Positions 1 to 13,549 of a stretch of 64,000 nucleotides of DNA are shown here, piece by piece (the first letter of the stretch is position 1; every line of letters starts with the position of its first letter). The notes under the pieces were generated by a model, which was given only the letters and a program-made list of their open reading frames with translations, made no database searches and had not been told where the DNA came from. The position numbers and the translations under genes are program-made. This DNA is from Octopus bimaculoides (Eukaryota), in assembly GCF_001194135.2 (NCBI RefSeq), contig NC_068981.1:100630348-100694347 (forward strand), in the 5' to 3' direction.

Positions 1-831
1 CCATTAGACAGAATAAAACCTTGACTGCTAAATAAGTTTGAGTATGTTAACTGTGCCTCAAAATTCAAATAACTTCTTTGTGAATTTGAATAACTTGCTC
101 ATTTCCTACATAATATAAGCTTTATTTATATAAACGGAAGTAAAATGAAGATCTATGCTGTCAGCTTATCATTCTTGACTTCAAATCTACTGCAGTTGTT
201 TTGTTGTATTATCGCATAGTATTTAATTATACATGTTTCTGTTCATTTTATCCATCGCTGATTTCAGTTGTTAAGCTATAAGTTCTTTTGTTTTGTTTTG
301 TTTTTTCTGTGTATCATATCAATCCCAGTAATTATTTCAGTCTGGTACTGGTTTTGATTTTAATCAGTTTTGTTTTGACGAGTGTACCTGTAAGCACGAG
401 GACATTATTCACATGTATATACACACATACATGCATACACAGGTATATATATACATACACACATATATACATATGTGTGTACATATAAATACAATGAACT
501 CCTGCACTGTTTCTTTTTACCAAATTCCATTCACAAGGTATTGGTACAATGAATAGACATCAAATCATTTGAGTGTTACCTAAGTTAAATTGGTATCCTA
601 ACTAGAAGAAAATTTTGTTGGTCATATTTTCAGTTATTTCTTGTGAATGAAAGGAATTTTAGCAATAGTTATTTTTAAAATTTATTTACACTTATGCTTA
701 TTCTCAGGTTGTATTTTGTGTTACATCTTTTTGGTGAAAATTAACTTTCAACTTTACTTTTAAAAAAAACAATAATTTCAGTTATTATTTCTGAGATGCC
801 TACCAAATATTTTGGTTAATCTCTTCTATAG

Positions 832-991
832 GCTGATGCCACTGGATGGATGGCATTTTTCTGTGTGAAAATGTTTGAAATGGCTATTGAGATCATTAAA
901 ACTGACCCAGATTATGCTGATATAGCAACACAATTTTTTAGACATTTTTTACTTATAGCTGAAAATGGATCTCAAACTACTAACAAAGCTG
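832..991 (+). CDS. GH63/MGH1-like (YMR196W-like) glycoside hydrolase, first coding exon visible (gene is 5'-partial)
   Basis: tatag|GCTGATGCC...GCTG|gtaagt. Encodes ADATGWMAFFCVKMFEMAIEIIKTDPDYADIATQFFRHFLLIA, matching the (EQ)ADGTAWMAF...YEDIASKFFEHF motif of YMR196W-like proteins. 160 nt, ends phase 1. Confidence 0.9.
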
Positions 992-2725
992 GTAAGTTTA
1001 TTTTCTTTAAAGTGTTGAATACTTATAGTTCTTTGAAGCCTCTAGATTTTTTGTGCATATAAACAAATTGGCTGCTTATTTGTCAGGGATTGGTCAAGTG
1101 ATGTAGACACCTCTGACAGTTCAAAAATTGATAAAGGCTATTCATCATTTTTTTCAATCTATAGGGAAATAGTTAAATTTGTCAAATTTGTATATTTATT
1201 ATGTAGGTTTACATATAATAATTAGCTTGTGGGACATTTTTGAGGCCATCAGACACAAAGAGAGGGAGAGGGAGGGAGACATTTTATTTTCATTTTAGTT
1301 AGAACATATTTTCAAAAGTAAGAAAATAATTTACCATTTCATTTCATCTTTAAAAACCACTTATTGACATTTCTGCTGGAAGTTTTATGCTACCAGGGAA
1401 AGTTAACTTTCATCAGGATTGTTCATTAGTAATATTTATCCCCACTTAAACATGGATGTTCTATTAGAACAAACTATACTGTGATAGTTGCCATGAGAGA
1501 AACTCTCATATTGGCTTCTTGTTTATATAGCTAGTGGGGAGATAAATCTCTACTACCACCAGATCATGTGATTTCGACCTTGTTGATCTTGTCTAATAGA
1601 ACATCCACTTTTAAGTGGGGATAGATATTACCTTTTGGTATTAATAATGCCTCTGTTGCTAATATATATTTTTTTACAAGCTAACCAGCCAATCGTGACA
1701 CCAGTACCTGTTCTGGCACTGTCAATATATATATCAGTGGTGGGGATATGAATTGCAGTTGCGTCTTAGCAGTCAAGACCAAACAAGGTTGAAATTACAT
1801 GATCTAGTGGTCTCAGTGTTGGAGATAGTGGGGATTTATCTCATCACTAGTGATATAAATGAGTCAAAAAGCCTGGTAACTACTGCAATATAGTTTATTC
1901 TCTAAGTGCTGATAAATATTACCTCCTGATATTAATACTGCCTCTGTCACTAATATATATTTGTTCATTGATAATCCTGAATCTAAAGAGCTGTTGATAT
2001 GTATGTCATCTGTATCAGTAATTGCTCAGATTATGGGTTTACTAACAGACAGTCCTAATGAATCCCTATTTACCCTAGTGATTTGAAATTTGCAGTAGTG
2101 ATGTCCAGTGAGTGATAATATATATAGTTTTATCATATAATTCAATTAGAGTGTTGAGCTGGCAGAATTGTTAGAGCTTCAGACAAAGAGCAGCGGAGTA
2201 ATGAAATTTTTAGAGCAGCGAATAAAGATATTATTTGTTCTGGTTTTATGTTGTTGAGGTCCTCTGCAGCAACACTGGTGCTAATGTTGATTAACACTGG
2301 TGTTGTGATGAGATAGTATCTTGTTACCCATACTTTCAAGTACTGGCAACTGATAGGACTGATGGTAATGAGGATGTTTTTGTTTTCTTTTTGAAAGTCT
2401 AAGGAAGGGATGTTATGAACCACAGTGAATAACAATCCTTTAGGCGTCTGGAATCATACAAAGATTAAAGAACCCTGATTTAGAGGCTCCTTCTGAAAGC
2501 AATGGTGTTCCAGTCTTTGTTGTTGTATTATACTGTGACTGTGTGTGTGTGTGTGAGGAGGGTGCATGGTTTTTACAGCTTAATGCCCTTCCTATCACCA
2601 ACCATTTTGCAGTACAGTATAGATATGAACTGGTTATTTTTTAATCATGCCATGTTAGTGTTTTGTATTTGTAGCATTAAGACTACTCTGTCTGTTGTAG
2701 TTGTAATACTTTCTCACTTTTCCAG

Positions 2726-2925
2726 GGTTTTGGCATGAGGACGATAAATTCTTCTATGATATGCTGCTTTCACAAGAATCTGACACAATCATTCCACTCT
2801 GCATACGATCACTAGTAGGCCTTGTTCCTTTGATTGCTACAACTGTCGTTGATGTTTCATCAATAAGGATTAATAATCCTGAGCTTTTTGCTGTCCTGAG
2901 AGATGCTGCTTCCAACAGTAGCAAG
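2726..2925 (+). CDS. GH63-like glycoside hydrolase exon
   Basis: tttccag|GGTTTTGG...AGCAAG|gtacaa. Encodes GFWHEDDKFFYDMLL...IRSLVGLVPLIAT (family motif LWxEEDGFYYD...RSLVGLIPL). Phase 1 to phase 0, compatible with neighbours. Confidence 0.9.
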
Positions 2926-3411
2926 GTACAAATTATTATTATTGTTGTTATCTATGTTACAAACGGTATTACTATAACAGATATTACTATTAATCTTATC
3001 ATTATACATATACTAAATTAACAACCTACACTATTAATAGCAACATTAAGTTGTTGTTGCTTATTCCCAGGTCATTTCTGATAGAGCAGACCTGTGATAA
3101 ACAGTATTCCACTCTTCCCAGAAAACTACAGCTTCTACACTCTTCATTTTGACCTCTTTTATCAGACACCAGAAAACCAATTTGGTAATCTAAAACTTCA
3201 AATGCTTAAAGACAGGATGCAAACACAAACATACTCCTAAAACTTATAGGGTCTAAAAGAATCTTTGTACTTGCCAACACCTACAAATCCTGTGCCAACA
3301 ATGCCGAATTCTCAGTTTCTCTAATCTGATTAAAATCATAACAATTCTGAAGCTCAACAAAGGTACAAATGGAGTAACATTATATACCCATCACCCTCTT
3401 ATGCACACCAT

Positions 3412-3607
3412 CAGGTGTGGCTGTGTGGTAAGAAGCTTGCTTTCCACCTACATGGTTCTGGGTTCAGTTTCACTGCATGGCACCTTGGACGAGTATCTTC
3501 TTCTATAGCCTCAGGCTGACCAAAGCCTTATGAGTAGGGTTGGTAGATGGAAACTGAAGGAAGCCTATCATGTGTGTGTGTCTTTATGTCTTGTGTTTGT
3601 CCCCACA
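3412..3607 (+). mobile_element. tRNA-derived SINE (family A), 3'-truncated
   Basis: Head gtggctgtgtggtaagaagcttgc...ggttctgggttcagt, matching the full copy at ~9854-10250. Confidence 0.75.
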
Positions 3608-6430
3608 CCACTACTTGACAGGGATCTTATCTTTGTGGCTGGTGACTTCAATAGACATGCTGGACAACATGCAGGGGGCTTCCATGGCATACATGGAGTC
3701 TATGATTTTGGTTTCCACAATGAGGAGGAAACCAGGCTGCTGGAGTTCTGCAGTGCAAATGATCTTATGGTTTACAATACTAACTTCAGGAAACCTGCCA
3801 TTCACCTACTCACCTACCGATCTGGTAAACACACTAGTCAAATTGACTACATCCTCTCCAGAAAAAGGGAAAGATGGCTGCTTATAAATGCCAAAACCAT
3901 CCCAGGCAAAGAATGTACCCCACAGCATAGACTAATAGTTAGCAACTTCAGGACCAGGGCTAAATGGATGTCCAGAAGACGACCAGCATGGAGGAGAAGG
4001 GTCTGGAAGCTTAAAGATCCTGCAAATGGACAGAGATTTAGAGACATATTACTCAAAGCTTTTGACGAAATAGATGGGGATATAGCATCACATGATGTAG
4101 AAGACAACTGGAAGTTTCTATGGGACAACTTGCTGAGGGCCACTGACCAGATCTGTGGATGGTGCAAAGTCCCCTCTTGACCCAAGGTAACGTGGTGGTG
4201 GAACAATGTTGTTGACAGGGCCATTAGGGAAAAGAAACAGGACTGGAAGAATGGTGGTAGCAGGGAATTGTATCAGATTGCCAGAAGAGAAGCTAGGAGA
4301 CAGGTTTATTTAGCCAGAGGGGAAGCAGATAAGAAAAAATTTGCCAATGTTCTGCACCGTGAGGACCAAAGACTTGAGGTATTTCATATTGCAAGACAGT
4401 GTGTGAGGGAGAATCATGATGTTGTAAGAGAGAAATGTGTTCGCATGGATGATGGTTCGCTTTCATTAAACGAGGCTGCAAAGAGAGAGGTTTGGAGATG
4501 CCACTATGAAAGGTTGCTAATAAAGGGAATTAATGAGAGAAAGAGAGTCTGACGAATGCCGGTCCAACAGAGGGACCAGCTATCCAAATTGACAGTACCT
4601 TGGTAGATAAAGCAATTAAGAGTATGAAGACAGGGAAAGCCCCTAGCCCATCAGGAATCACCACAGAGATGCTCAAAATATCTGACGGTGTCAGCTATAG
4701 CCTAGTCACCCATATAGTTAACCAGGTGATACACGAAGGAGTCATACCCAATGACTGGTGTAGCAGCACCATAGTCAACTGCTACAAAGGTAAAGGTGAC
4801 ACTTTAGATACAAATAATTGCAGAGGTATCAAATTGTTGAATCAGGTAATGAAGGTCAAGGAGAGGGTAATAGCCCAACTAATTAAGGAGAGAATCAGTC
4901 TAGATGAGATGCAATTTGGGCTCATGCAAGGGAAAAGCCCCTCTGATGCTATATTTCTGGTAAGACAGCTGCAGGAGAAATACCTAGCCAAAGATAAACC
5001 TCTGTACCTGGCTTTTGTTGACATGGAGAAAGCCTTTGACAGGGTCCCCTGATCCCTTATCTAGTGGTCAATGAGAAAACTAGGGATAGATGAATGTTTA
5101 GTGACAGCTGTACAAGGCATGTACAGAGATGCTCTCAGTTAGGTGAGTGTTGGCAACGAGTACAATGAAGAATTCCGGTTAGGGGTAGGGGTCCACCAAG
5201 GATCAGTCCTCAGCCCCATCTGATTCATCATAGTCCTCCTGGCAATAACAGAGGAATTCAAGACAGAATGCCCCTGGGAGCTGCTCTATGCTGATGACCT
5301 TGCTCTAATTGCTGAGTCACTATCAGAACTAGAGGAAAAGTTTCAGGTGTGGAAGTAAGAATTAGGATCAAAGGGCCTTAGAGTCAACTTAGCTAAAACC
5401 AAAGTCTTAATAAGTAAGAAGGCAGACAAATCACAAATCCCTTCAGGTAGATGACCCTGCTCGATCTTTAGAAAAGGCATAGGTAGAAACTCCATAAGAT
5501 GTACCTGGTGTACGCTATGGACACATAAGAGGTGCAGCAATATCAAAGAAGGCTAACTAGGAAGATAGTTTTTGTATGTGGCAAATGCTCAGGTGCTATA
5601 AACAATGAAAATGTGCAGAGAACAGCTTCTGTCACATTCCAGGGAGAAAAACTAGAAGTAGTTGATAGCTTCCGTTACCTAGGTGACCAAGTTTGTAGTG
5701 GGGTAGATGCTCTGAGAGTGTAGCTGCTAGAATAAGAATAGCTTGGGCAAAGTTCAGAGAGCTCCTACCACTGCTGGTGACAAAGGGCCTCTCGCTCAGA
5801 GTAAAAGGTATACTGTATGACACGTGTGTACGAACAGCCATGCTACATGGCAGTGAAACATGGGCTGTGACTGCTGAGGATATGCATAAGCTTGAAGGAA
5901 TGAAGCCAGTATGCTCCGCTGGATGTGTAATGTCAGTGTGCATACTCGACAGAATGTAAGCGCCCTGAGAGAAAAGTTGGATTTAAGAAGCATCAGATGT
6001 GGTGTGCAAGATAGATGACTGCGCAGATATGGTCATGTGTTGGAAATGAATGAGGACAGCTGTGTGAAAAAGTGTCACACCCTAGCAGTTGAGGGATCCT
6101 GTGGAAGAGGTAGACCCAGGAAGACCTGGGATGAGGTGGTGAAGCATGACCTTTGAACATTGGGCCTTACCGAGGCAATGACTAGTGACCGAGACCTTTG
6201 GAGATATGCTGTGCTTGAGAAGACCCAACAAGCCAAGTGAGACCATAGCCCATAGCCTATGCCAGTGGGTGTAACCAGCCCACATATGAGTACCCCTCAT
6301 TCATTGGACAATAAACTCTGCTTGCGAAGACCTATTGAGGCAAGTGAAATCAAATCAAAATCACTGACGTGGCCTATGACAGTACCACTTGATTGGCACT
6401 TGTGCCAGTGGAACGTTAAAAGCACATCTG
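3608..6430 (+). mobile_element. RTE-clade LINE, degenerate (APE endonuclease end + reverse transcriptase)
   Basis: ORF fragments give AGDFNRH...QIDYIL (APE) and KGKGD...RGIKLL...FVDMEKAFDRVP, GVHQGSVLSP, LLYADDL (RT). Many stops and frameshifts. Boundaries approximate. Confidence 0.92.
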
Positions 6431-9347
6431 AGTGTGATCATCGCCAGGGCCATGGATCCAAACTAAGAGCGCGTTCTGCCTCATCTTCGAAACACCTAGT
6501 TTAGAATAGAGGCAGCTGATGAAGGAAAAGTTCCATAAGTGGCTTGTTTGTTTTCCTATGTGTTCATTCTGTTGTCCATAAAAAAAGTTCGTTTTTTTTG
6601 CTTTGTTTATGTTCTTGTTCCATTTTTGTCCACGTTTTTTGACGTCCTGTACCCGGATATGCATCTATATATACATGTAGATGTAGGTATGTAAATATAT
6701 GTATGTATATATGCATATTCTCACATATCATTTGTAATATATATATATATACATACACACATATATACATATCGATATATATATATATAATTGTTAAACA
6801 GGGCATCAAACATTATGGTAAAGCAAACATCTCAAGTCATATACGATATTATTACAGGAAGGAATTTAAAATCTTACAGCTCTTTCTGGTATATCCCCAA
6901 GTATGGGATATTCTGTCATCAGAGACAAATTGGGGAAAAAAGATATAGAAAATGAGAATGGTATATCTCAATAAGATGACAACATAGAGTGAGGGAGTAA
7001 AAGAATAAGGAGATGGAAAGAGAGAATAAAAAAGAAGCAAAGAAGTTCATAGTTCAACTTTCCGAAGTTATAGAAATTAAATCCTGCATAGATCCATGAG
7101 CGTAAGTCTTTAGGTGCAATCCTGTGTATATCCATGTGGGTTAAAGTCCTGATATAGTAGACACCCCAAGAAAATGACAAGAGCATATCAACTTTCAATA
7201 ACAGAATGGTAGCAGAGGTGGCTATTAAGTGGGAAAAGTAAAGAAAAGAAATAGAAAGAGAGTTGAATAGAGTGAGGTAGGGATTGGCTATAGGATAAAG
7301 TAATGTGTATATGTGTATGGTGTCTAAGAATTGTGTATGGGGTGGGATGGGTAGCTGAGAAGATAAGAGAGAGGATGAGGAGGTAGAGGAAGATAGGGTA
7401 AAAAAAAAATAGAGTGAAATGAAAGGAATTTAAAGAGAGTGGTAGATGTCTGGTAGTTTCAAAGATTAAAGTTGTGGGGGAGGAAATTTGGTAGTAATTG
7501 CTTGTGTCTGTCCAGGCTAAGGTCAGTGGCTGTAGAGTTATTTTTAGCAATGGGGATGTGTAGTTGAAAAAGGATGAGCTAGTTGAATATTAAACTATAT
7601 ATGCATGGGAGTTAGTTAGTTGTTTATAGTAGGGGTTTTTTGGGGGTTAAGGTTTAAACTAAATTTCGGATAAATTAAAGAATTAATATTTAGCTCATAG
7701 TGTGATGAGGTACAGTAGATCGATATGAGGTAAGATATATGATAGAAATCAGAATTATAGAGATTTAGAAGGGTATGCATTAATGATCATATACATATCT
7801 CCCTTAAATCACACAAAGTAAACGGAATTTAAAAAATCTAATTACTGCACTGGAAAGTTCACATCGAGAAAATTCCATTGATGTAAAAATTTTTACGAAA
7901 AAGTAGAAAATGTGGATTACTATAAACTTTTGAAAAGGCTTCACAATGACACACAACTTCAGCTTTATATATTAAGATAAATAAGCTGGTTATATTATTT
8001 GCAACTTATGTGCTTGTTATACACAAAATATTTAAACAATTTTGTATACAATTCCTAATAATATTTAGTCACAAAAGTATAATAGGAGTTTTTAGACATT
8101 GAATGGTTTTGAGAATCCCACCCACTGAGTAAAATAGCAATGAAAGGGGTCCATTGGGACAAAATGGTTGAGAACCATTGATCTAGACAAACATAAAAAT
8201 CATAGACACCAGAAATAGCTATGGCATGATTAGCTTCACTAGCCTAAAACAGAAACAATCAGAGCTGAGGAACACCAACTTTCATAGTCTAACTAAGTCC
8301 ATTTTGTCTACTTCCACTGTAACCACCACCAGAATTTCTAAGCATATAGAAATTGACTTGATAGTAGTGAGAGTGCAATATGTCCAAGCTATCAACACTG
8401 CAGCACCTCATACATTTCGTCACTATGTGTCAGAGCAAGCCATATTGTCCTCAGCTAGGTAGACGCATGGTATAATGGCATAACTAAGACGTGTGGTTCA
8501 TGCCTGGTAGTTTGATCAACTTTCTACATACAATAGGACTGCTTGATCAGAGCTGACCTGTGGCTACACAACTACAGCTGCATCTACACTACCTCTATTG
8601 GATACACCAATCACTACACTTCATACAGCCTTTAAATGGTCACTTACCCTGAGAGAAACAGTAGCCAAATCTCCCTTTAAAAAAAGTAATGTGATGGTCA
8701 TGCTTTTAGTCATAAATCTGTTCTGTTAAGTCTGGTCTAGGACAAAACAACAATAACAACCACTACCACCACTGCCATCTTACTACACTGCATTGATCAA
8801 TTGATATATGTCTCATCTTTTACCACTACCGTTGCCTACTACTAGAAAGTCTTTACATAGTCATTCAACTTCTAGTAATAGCAGCTAAATTACCCTTACA
8901 TCATATTTTTACCAACTTAAAAAGGATGAGTACATTAGATAATATAATTCTATGTCTGAATAAAAGGTGGTATGGTCACAGTTGGAATGGTCTGCTATAT
9001 CAAGACTGACCCAGGGTAAGACACCAATAACTACTACCTCTTCATCATTCCACTAATGCATGCAGTTACAATTACATACAATACCACTGCATCTTGCCAA
9101 CCCAGGTTGTTACCACTATACACTACAAGTACATCAACATGAGTCAATGAAGGAAATATTGTGATGTCACTGAACTTGCTAGAGATAGTAGCCAAATCTC
9201 ACCATCTTCAATAAAACAAAGGGAGAAATTCAGTAATGTAATCTGAGCTAAAAAAGAGAAAAAACAGGTTGGTCACATCTGGAATACTTTTGATCACATG
9301 TCTCTTTGATTATGCTTGACCTGGAGTTAAGCCATAACAACAGCTGT

Positions 9348-9575
9348 TAAACCCTTTCGTTATTATATTTATTTTGAGATGCTCTGTGTTTCTTTCAATT
9401 ACTTTAAATATAACAAAGAATTTAGTAAAATAACTTAGTTATCATTCAGCTAGTGTTAGGAACATAAATTGTGACTAAGGTTTGGTGGAAGATTTTAATT
9501 CAAAACTTATGAAAACAAGACATTTGTACTCAGAGCCAGAGCCGGTTTCAACTAGATTGGTAATGAAAGGGTTAA
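9348..9575. mobile_element. piggyBac-type MITE (family P1)
   Basis: Termini accctttcgtt / aatgaaaggg with ttaa at both ends. Nearly identical copy at 59654-59870. Confidence 0.7.
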
Positions 9576-9656
9576 TATTTCAATTATCTCCAGATATTTG
9601 TTTCATTCAAAGTCTATGACTGCAACTGCTTCATTGTTTTATTTTCTTTCTTTTAG

Positions 9657-9782
9657 GTGCAAATGGACAAAAACAAGCTATTTATATCATTTGTTTCTAC
9701 AGAACAGCTCCAACATATTCTGGGTTACCTATTCAGTGAGACAGAATTCTTGTCTCCCTTTGGAATTAGATCTCTTTCAAAG
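9657..9782 (+). CDS. GH63-like glycoside hydrolase exon
   Basis: ttttag|GTGCAA...TCAAAG|gtttgt. Encodes VQMDKNKLFISFVSTEQLQHILGYLFSETEFLSPFGIRSLSK (family motif EFLSPxGIRSLSK). 126 nt, phase 0/0. Confidence 0.92.
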
Positions 9783-9853
9783 GTTTGTTGTTACTTTTCT
9801 TTTACATCCTATTTATAAAATAGAATCTTCAAAGTTTAAATTAAACAAACTAT

Positions 9854-10250
9854 AGGTGCAGGAGTGGCTGTGTGGTAAGTAGCTTGCTTACCAACCACAT
9901 GGTTCTGGGTTCAGTCCCACTGCGTGGCATCTTGGGCAAATGTCTTCTACTATAGCCTCGGGCCGATCAAAGCCTTGTGAGTGGATTTGGTAGACGGAAA
10001 CTGAAAGAAGTCCGTCGTATATATGTATATATATATATATGTGTGTGTCTGTGTTTGTCCCCCTAGTATTGCTTGACAAACGATGCTGGTGTGTTTATGT
10101 CTCCGTAACTTAGCGGTTTGGCAAAAGAGACCGATAGAATAAGTACTAGGCTTACAAAGAATAAGTCCCGGGATCGATTTGCTCGACTAAAGGCGGTGCT
10201 CCAGCATGGCCGCAGTCAAATGACTGAAGCAAGTAAAAGAGTAAAAGAGT
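9854..10250 (+). mobile_element. tRNA-derived SINE (family A), full length
   Basis: Pol III A/B-box-like head, internal (TA)n(TG)n tract and (GTAAAAGA)n tail. Related copies at ~11750-12030(-), ~20228-20590(+), ~44140-44350(-), ~54392-54795(+), ~62515-62700(-). Confidence 0.85.
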
Positions 10251-11268
10251 AAACTGCCTGTGCTTGCATGCATGTATTTGCGTGTGTGGATGTGTGCATG
10301 TTTTTGCTTGTATATTTATATAGCTTGGTTGTGCTGCTTGCACAGATTCCCATGACTCCCTGTTGCTACCCAGCTCTACTATTCATATTTGAATTGGAAG
10401 CTTGAGTTACAACGAGTCTTTCATCAGCTGATTACACAACAATGGATGTGTTGCGGTTACTCTCTTGATAGACCTTAGTGATCCTGACTGTTGACCTTCT
10501 AGGATTCCTCTGCTCGACATCAATGTAGGAAGCACTGTTGGTTCAGTTGAGCTCTTCCACTGCCATATCCCTGGCAGGGTGGCTGAATGGTTGCTATGCC
10601 TTGCCAAAGGGCAACCCATAACTATGCAGGGCACAGTCATCACTCCTTGAGTTATTTTCAAAATACCCACATACCTATATGCTTATGTAAGTGCCTGGTA
10701 AAATTATCATCATCATCATCATTTAATGTCCATTGTCCATGCTGGCATGGGTTGGATGATTTGGCCAGAGCTGGAGTGCTGCACCAGACACCAGTCTGAT
10801 TTGTCAGGGTTTCTTCAGCTGGATGCCCTTCCTAATATCAACCACTTTATGGAGTGTGCTGGGTGCTTTTATGTGGCACTGCATGGGTGTATGCAGTGCC
10901 ACAGTGTTATATAGCACCGCACAGGCACTTTTAAGAAACAAAAATCAGAAACATGGGACACAATAAGGTACATCACTCTTGAAATGCAAAGTTAACTCTG
11001 GCGATATCTGAATTCAAAATGGGTGGTGGAATTACTCTGATGTCTGGCTTAACACCACCACCTGTCTCTCTTCTGGTTTTAGCAGATTCAAATCTGTTGC
11101 AAGCATTCAAATCATGTCTTCAATCTGCAAACTTCTTCCCCTCCTCTCACCCAGTCTTGGAGAACCTAAAAAAGGTCATATGTTCTGCCCTTCTTCTTCT
11201 GGCTAAAACATAAAAAAATGAAAACAAAGAAAAATTTAGTTAAATAATTCAAGGCATTTTGTTTACGT

Positions 11269-11535
11269 CAGGGATTTTCAAACTTTTTGACTTGCGGGCC
11301 CCTTTATATTTCAGGCTTTACCTTATAAACACTTATGAAATTTATACATAAATATTTGCTTAAAATAACATATATTTTTACATTTATTTATTTAACAGTA
11401 TTTAACAAATAGGTTTATTGTCAATTAAAAGATTTCAATTAAAAAACATATCTAAAATCAAATTGCCCATAAAAAGTATTTGCTGTCCACAGACCCCCTG
11501 TCATGTCCTTGCGGACCACAGTTTGAAAACCCCTG
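11269..11535. mobile_element. hAT-type MITE
   Basis: TIRs cagggattttcaaact / agtttgaaaacccctg, with a perfect 8-bp TSD GTTTACGT (11261-11268 and 11536-11543). Confidence 0.88.
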
Positions 11536-12282
11536 GTTTACGTCACTCCACTGCCTTTTGGTTTTTGTGAGCAGCGGCACCAGTGGTTGTAGATTTCCAA
11601 CAAGTCAGTCACTGAATCACTGTATTTTTTAATAGTAAGAATGGCAAGAGAGTATCTATGCAATGCAGAAGGAACAAATACTGCCAAGTATTTTTGTTTT
11701 TTCTGTTTTTTTTTAAAGCTTAGCACTTATACTATTGGTCTCTTTTACTGAACCACTAAGTTATAGGGACATAAACAAACCAATGCCAGTTGTCAACTGG
11801 TGGCAGGGTGGGGGGCAAAGTCGAAAACACAAGCACACACACACACATATTTACATATAAATGTATATATGACAGGTTTCTTTCAGTTTCCTTCTACCAA
11901 ATCCACTCACAAGGCTTTAGTCGGCTTGAGATTATAGAAGACATTTGCCCAAGGTGTCATGCAGTGTGACTGAACCTGGAATCATGTGGTTGGGAAACAA
12001 ACTTCTTATCACAGAGCCATGCCTGTTCCTATAACCATTTTTTTATTTTCTGCTTTCTGAATGCTAAGTACATCTCTGATTGGAAGTTTCATGATTCTGG
12101 AATGCATAATGTAGCATTGATATTTTTTTACACATTCTTCCTTGTTACTGAGTGACTGTGTTGTTCACTCACTGGTTGTCACAGAAACAAAGTTTTCTTT
12201 CTGGCTTCGCCATTTTTTTGTTTGTTTTGTTTTTTGGTGGGGTTGTTATGTTTTTTTGGCGGGGTTGTTGTGTTTTTCTTTA

Positions 12283-12494
12283 ACCCTTTAGCATTTAAAC
12301 CAGCCATATCAAACCAAAATATTCTACCTGCTTTATGTTCAAACAGGCCAGATCTGGCCTCTCACACTTACCTTACAATATCATTCTAAAAATAAACTAC
12401 CACATCATCAAAATCTTGAAGCTATGGGATTAATACATGAGTAATTCAAAACAATTTGAATAAATAAAGAATATGTTTAATAGAATAATCTGAA
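12283..12494. mobile_element. piggyBac-type MITE (family P2), right end lost
   Basis: Starts ttaaccctttagcattt. A related copy at ~35030-35248 ends aaagggttaa. Another copy at ~23925-24125. Confidence 0.6.
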
Positions 12495-12504
12495 CCCTAA
12501 AGAT

Positions 12505-13520
12505 TATTAGTGGAAATCCAGAGGAGCAATATCTGGTGAAATGGAGGGCGGGGTAACACATCCCAGCCGAGTTGCAGCAATTTTTGTCTGGTTCCCAAAG
12601 AAACGTGCGGTCTTGCATTATTATGTTGGAAAACAACACCCTTCCTGTTGGCCAATTCTGGATGTTTCTCTTGAATTGCTGTTTTTAACTCATCCAGTTG
12701 TGTGCAGTATTTCTCAGAATTAATTGTCTGGTTACTTGGGAGAAGCTCATAGTACAGAATTCCTTTCCAGTCCCACCAGACACAAAGCAAAACTTTTTTA
12801 GGCTGAAGACCCACTTTTGGGGTGGCTAAGGGTGGCTCATGTTGCTTACTCCAGGATCGCTTTCTCTAAACATTTTGGTAGATAATCCATTTCTCATCCC
12901 CTGTCACAATATGCTTTAAAAAAGATGCCTTTTCATTCCGTTTATAAAGTGAATCACAGATGGAAATGCGATCCAAAAGGTTCTTCTCCCTCAACTCATG
13001 TAGTACCCAAACATGTAGCGATTTGTGTACCCAAGCTTTACCAGGTGCTCATGAATGACGGATTTTGATAGGTTGAGGCTTTCTGCCAATTCTCGGGTTG
13101 TGCAATGAGGGTTATTCTCAATTAATAACTTAATTTGGTCATCATTTGTAGTGGATGGTCTGCCTGATCGATCTTTATCAAAAAGGCTACAATCTTCAAC
13201 TCAAAACCTCGCGAACCACTTCCATACAGTTTTTTTCGGATAAAGAAACATCACCGTAAACTGTGCATATTTCTTTGGTTGCTTTACGGAAAAAGAAAAG
13301 CATCAAGTACCGAAAATGAACTTTCTTATCTTCCATTTTAAAGGGTTTCAGAATTAACACAGGTTATAGGAACATAAACCTTCTTCCACGAAAAGATAGC
13401 TTAAACTGTGCTCTAAATGGCGGTGTAGTCAAATCCTATTTTATGGACTCAACCATGTTCTAAAATAAGTCGAAAGGTAAGCTGCTATAAATCGGCACAA
13501 ACTTTCTGGACAACCCAATA
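12505..13520 (-). mobile_element. mariner transposon remnant (3'-truncated)
   Basis: TA + TIR ttgggttgtccagaaagtttgtgccg at 13518. ATG at 13336 (MEDKKVHFRYLM), WVLHEL (WVPHEL-like), LCVWWDWKGILYYELL, QHNNARPH, SPDIAPLDFH. Frameshifted. Confidence 0.9.
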
Positions 13521-13549
13521 ATAATAATAATAATAATAATACTTTCTAA

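Noticed and set aside
288-523. Short ORFs with YIYTHT/VYVC-type content (also ~6700, 17700, 40300, 42600, 48100)
   Set aside because: These are translations of (TA)n/(CA)n microsatellites.
6440-7950. Possible Penelope-like remnant or purine-rich gene fragment
   Set aside because: Too degenerate to assign motifs or boundaries with confidence.
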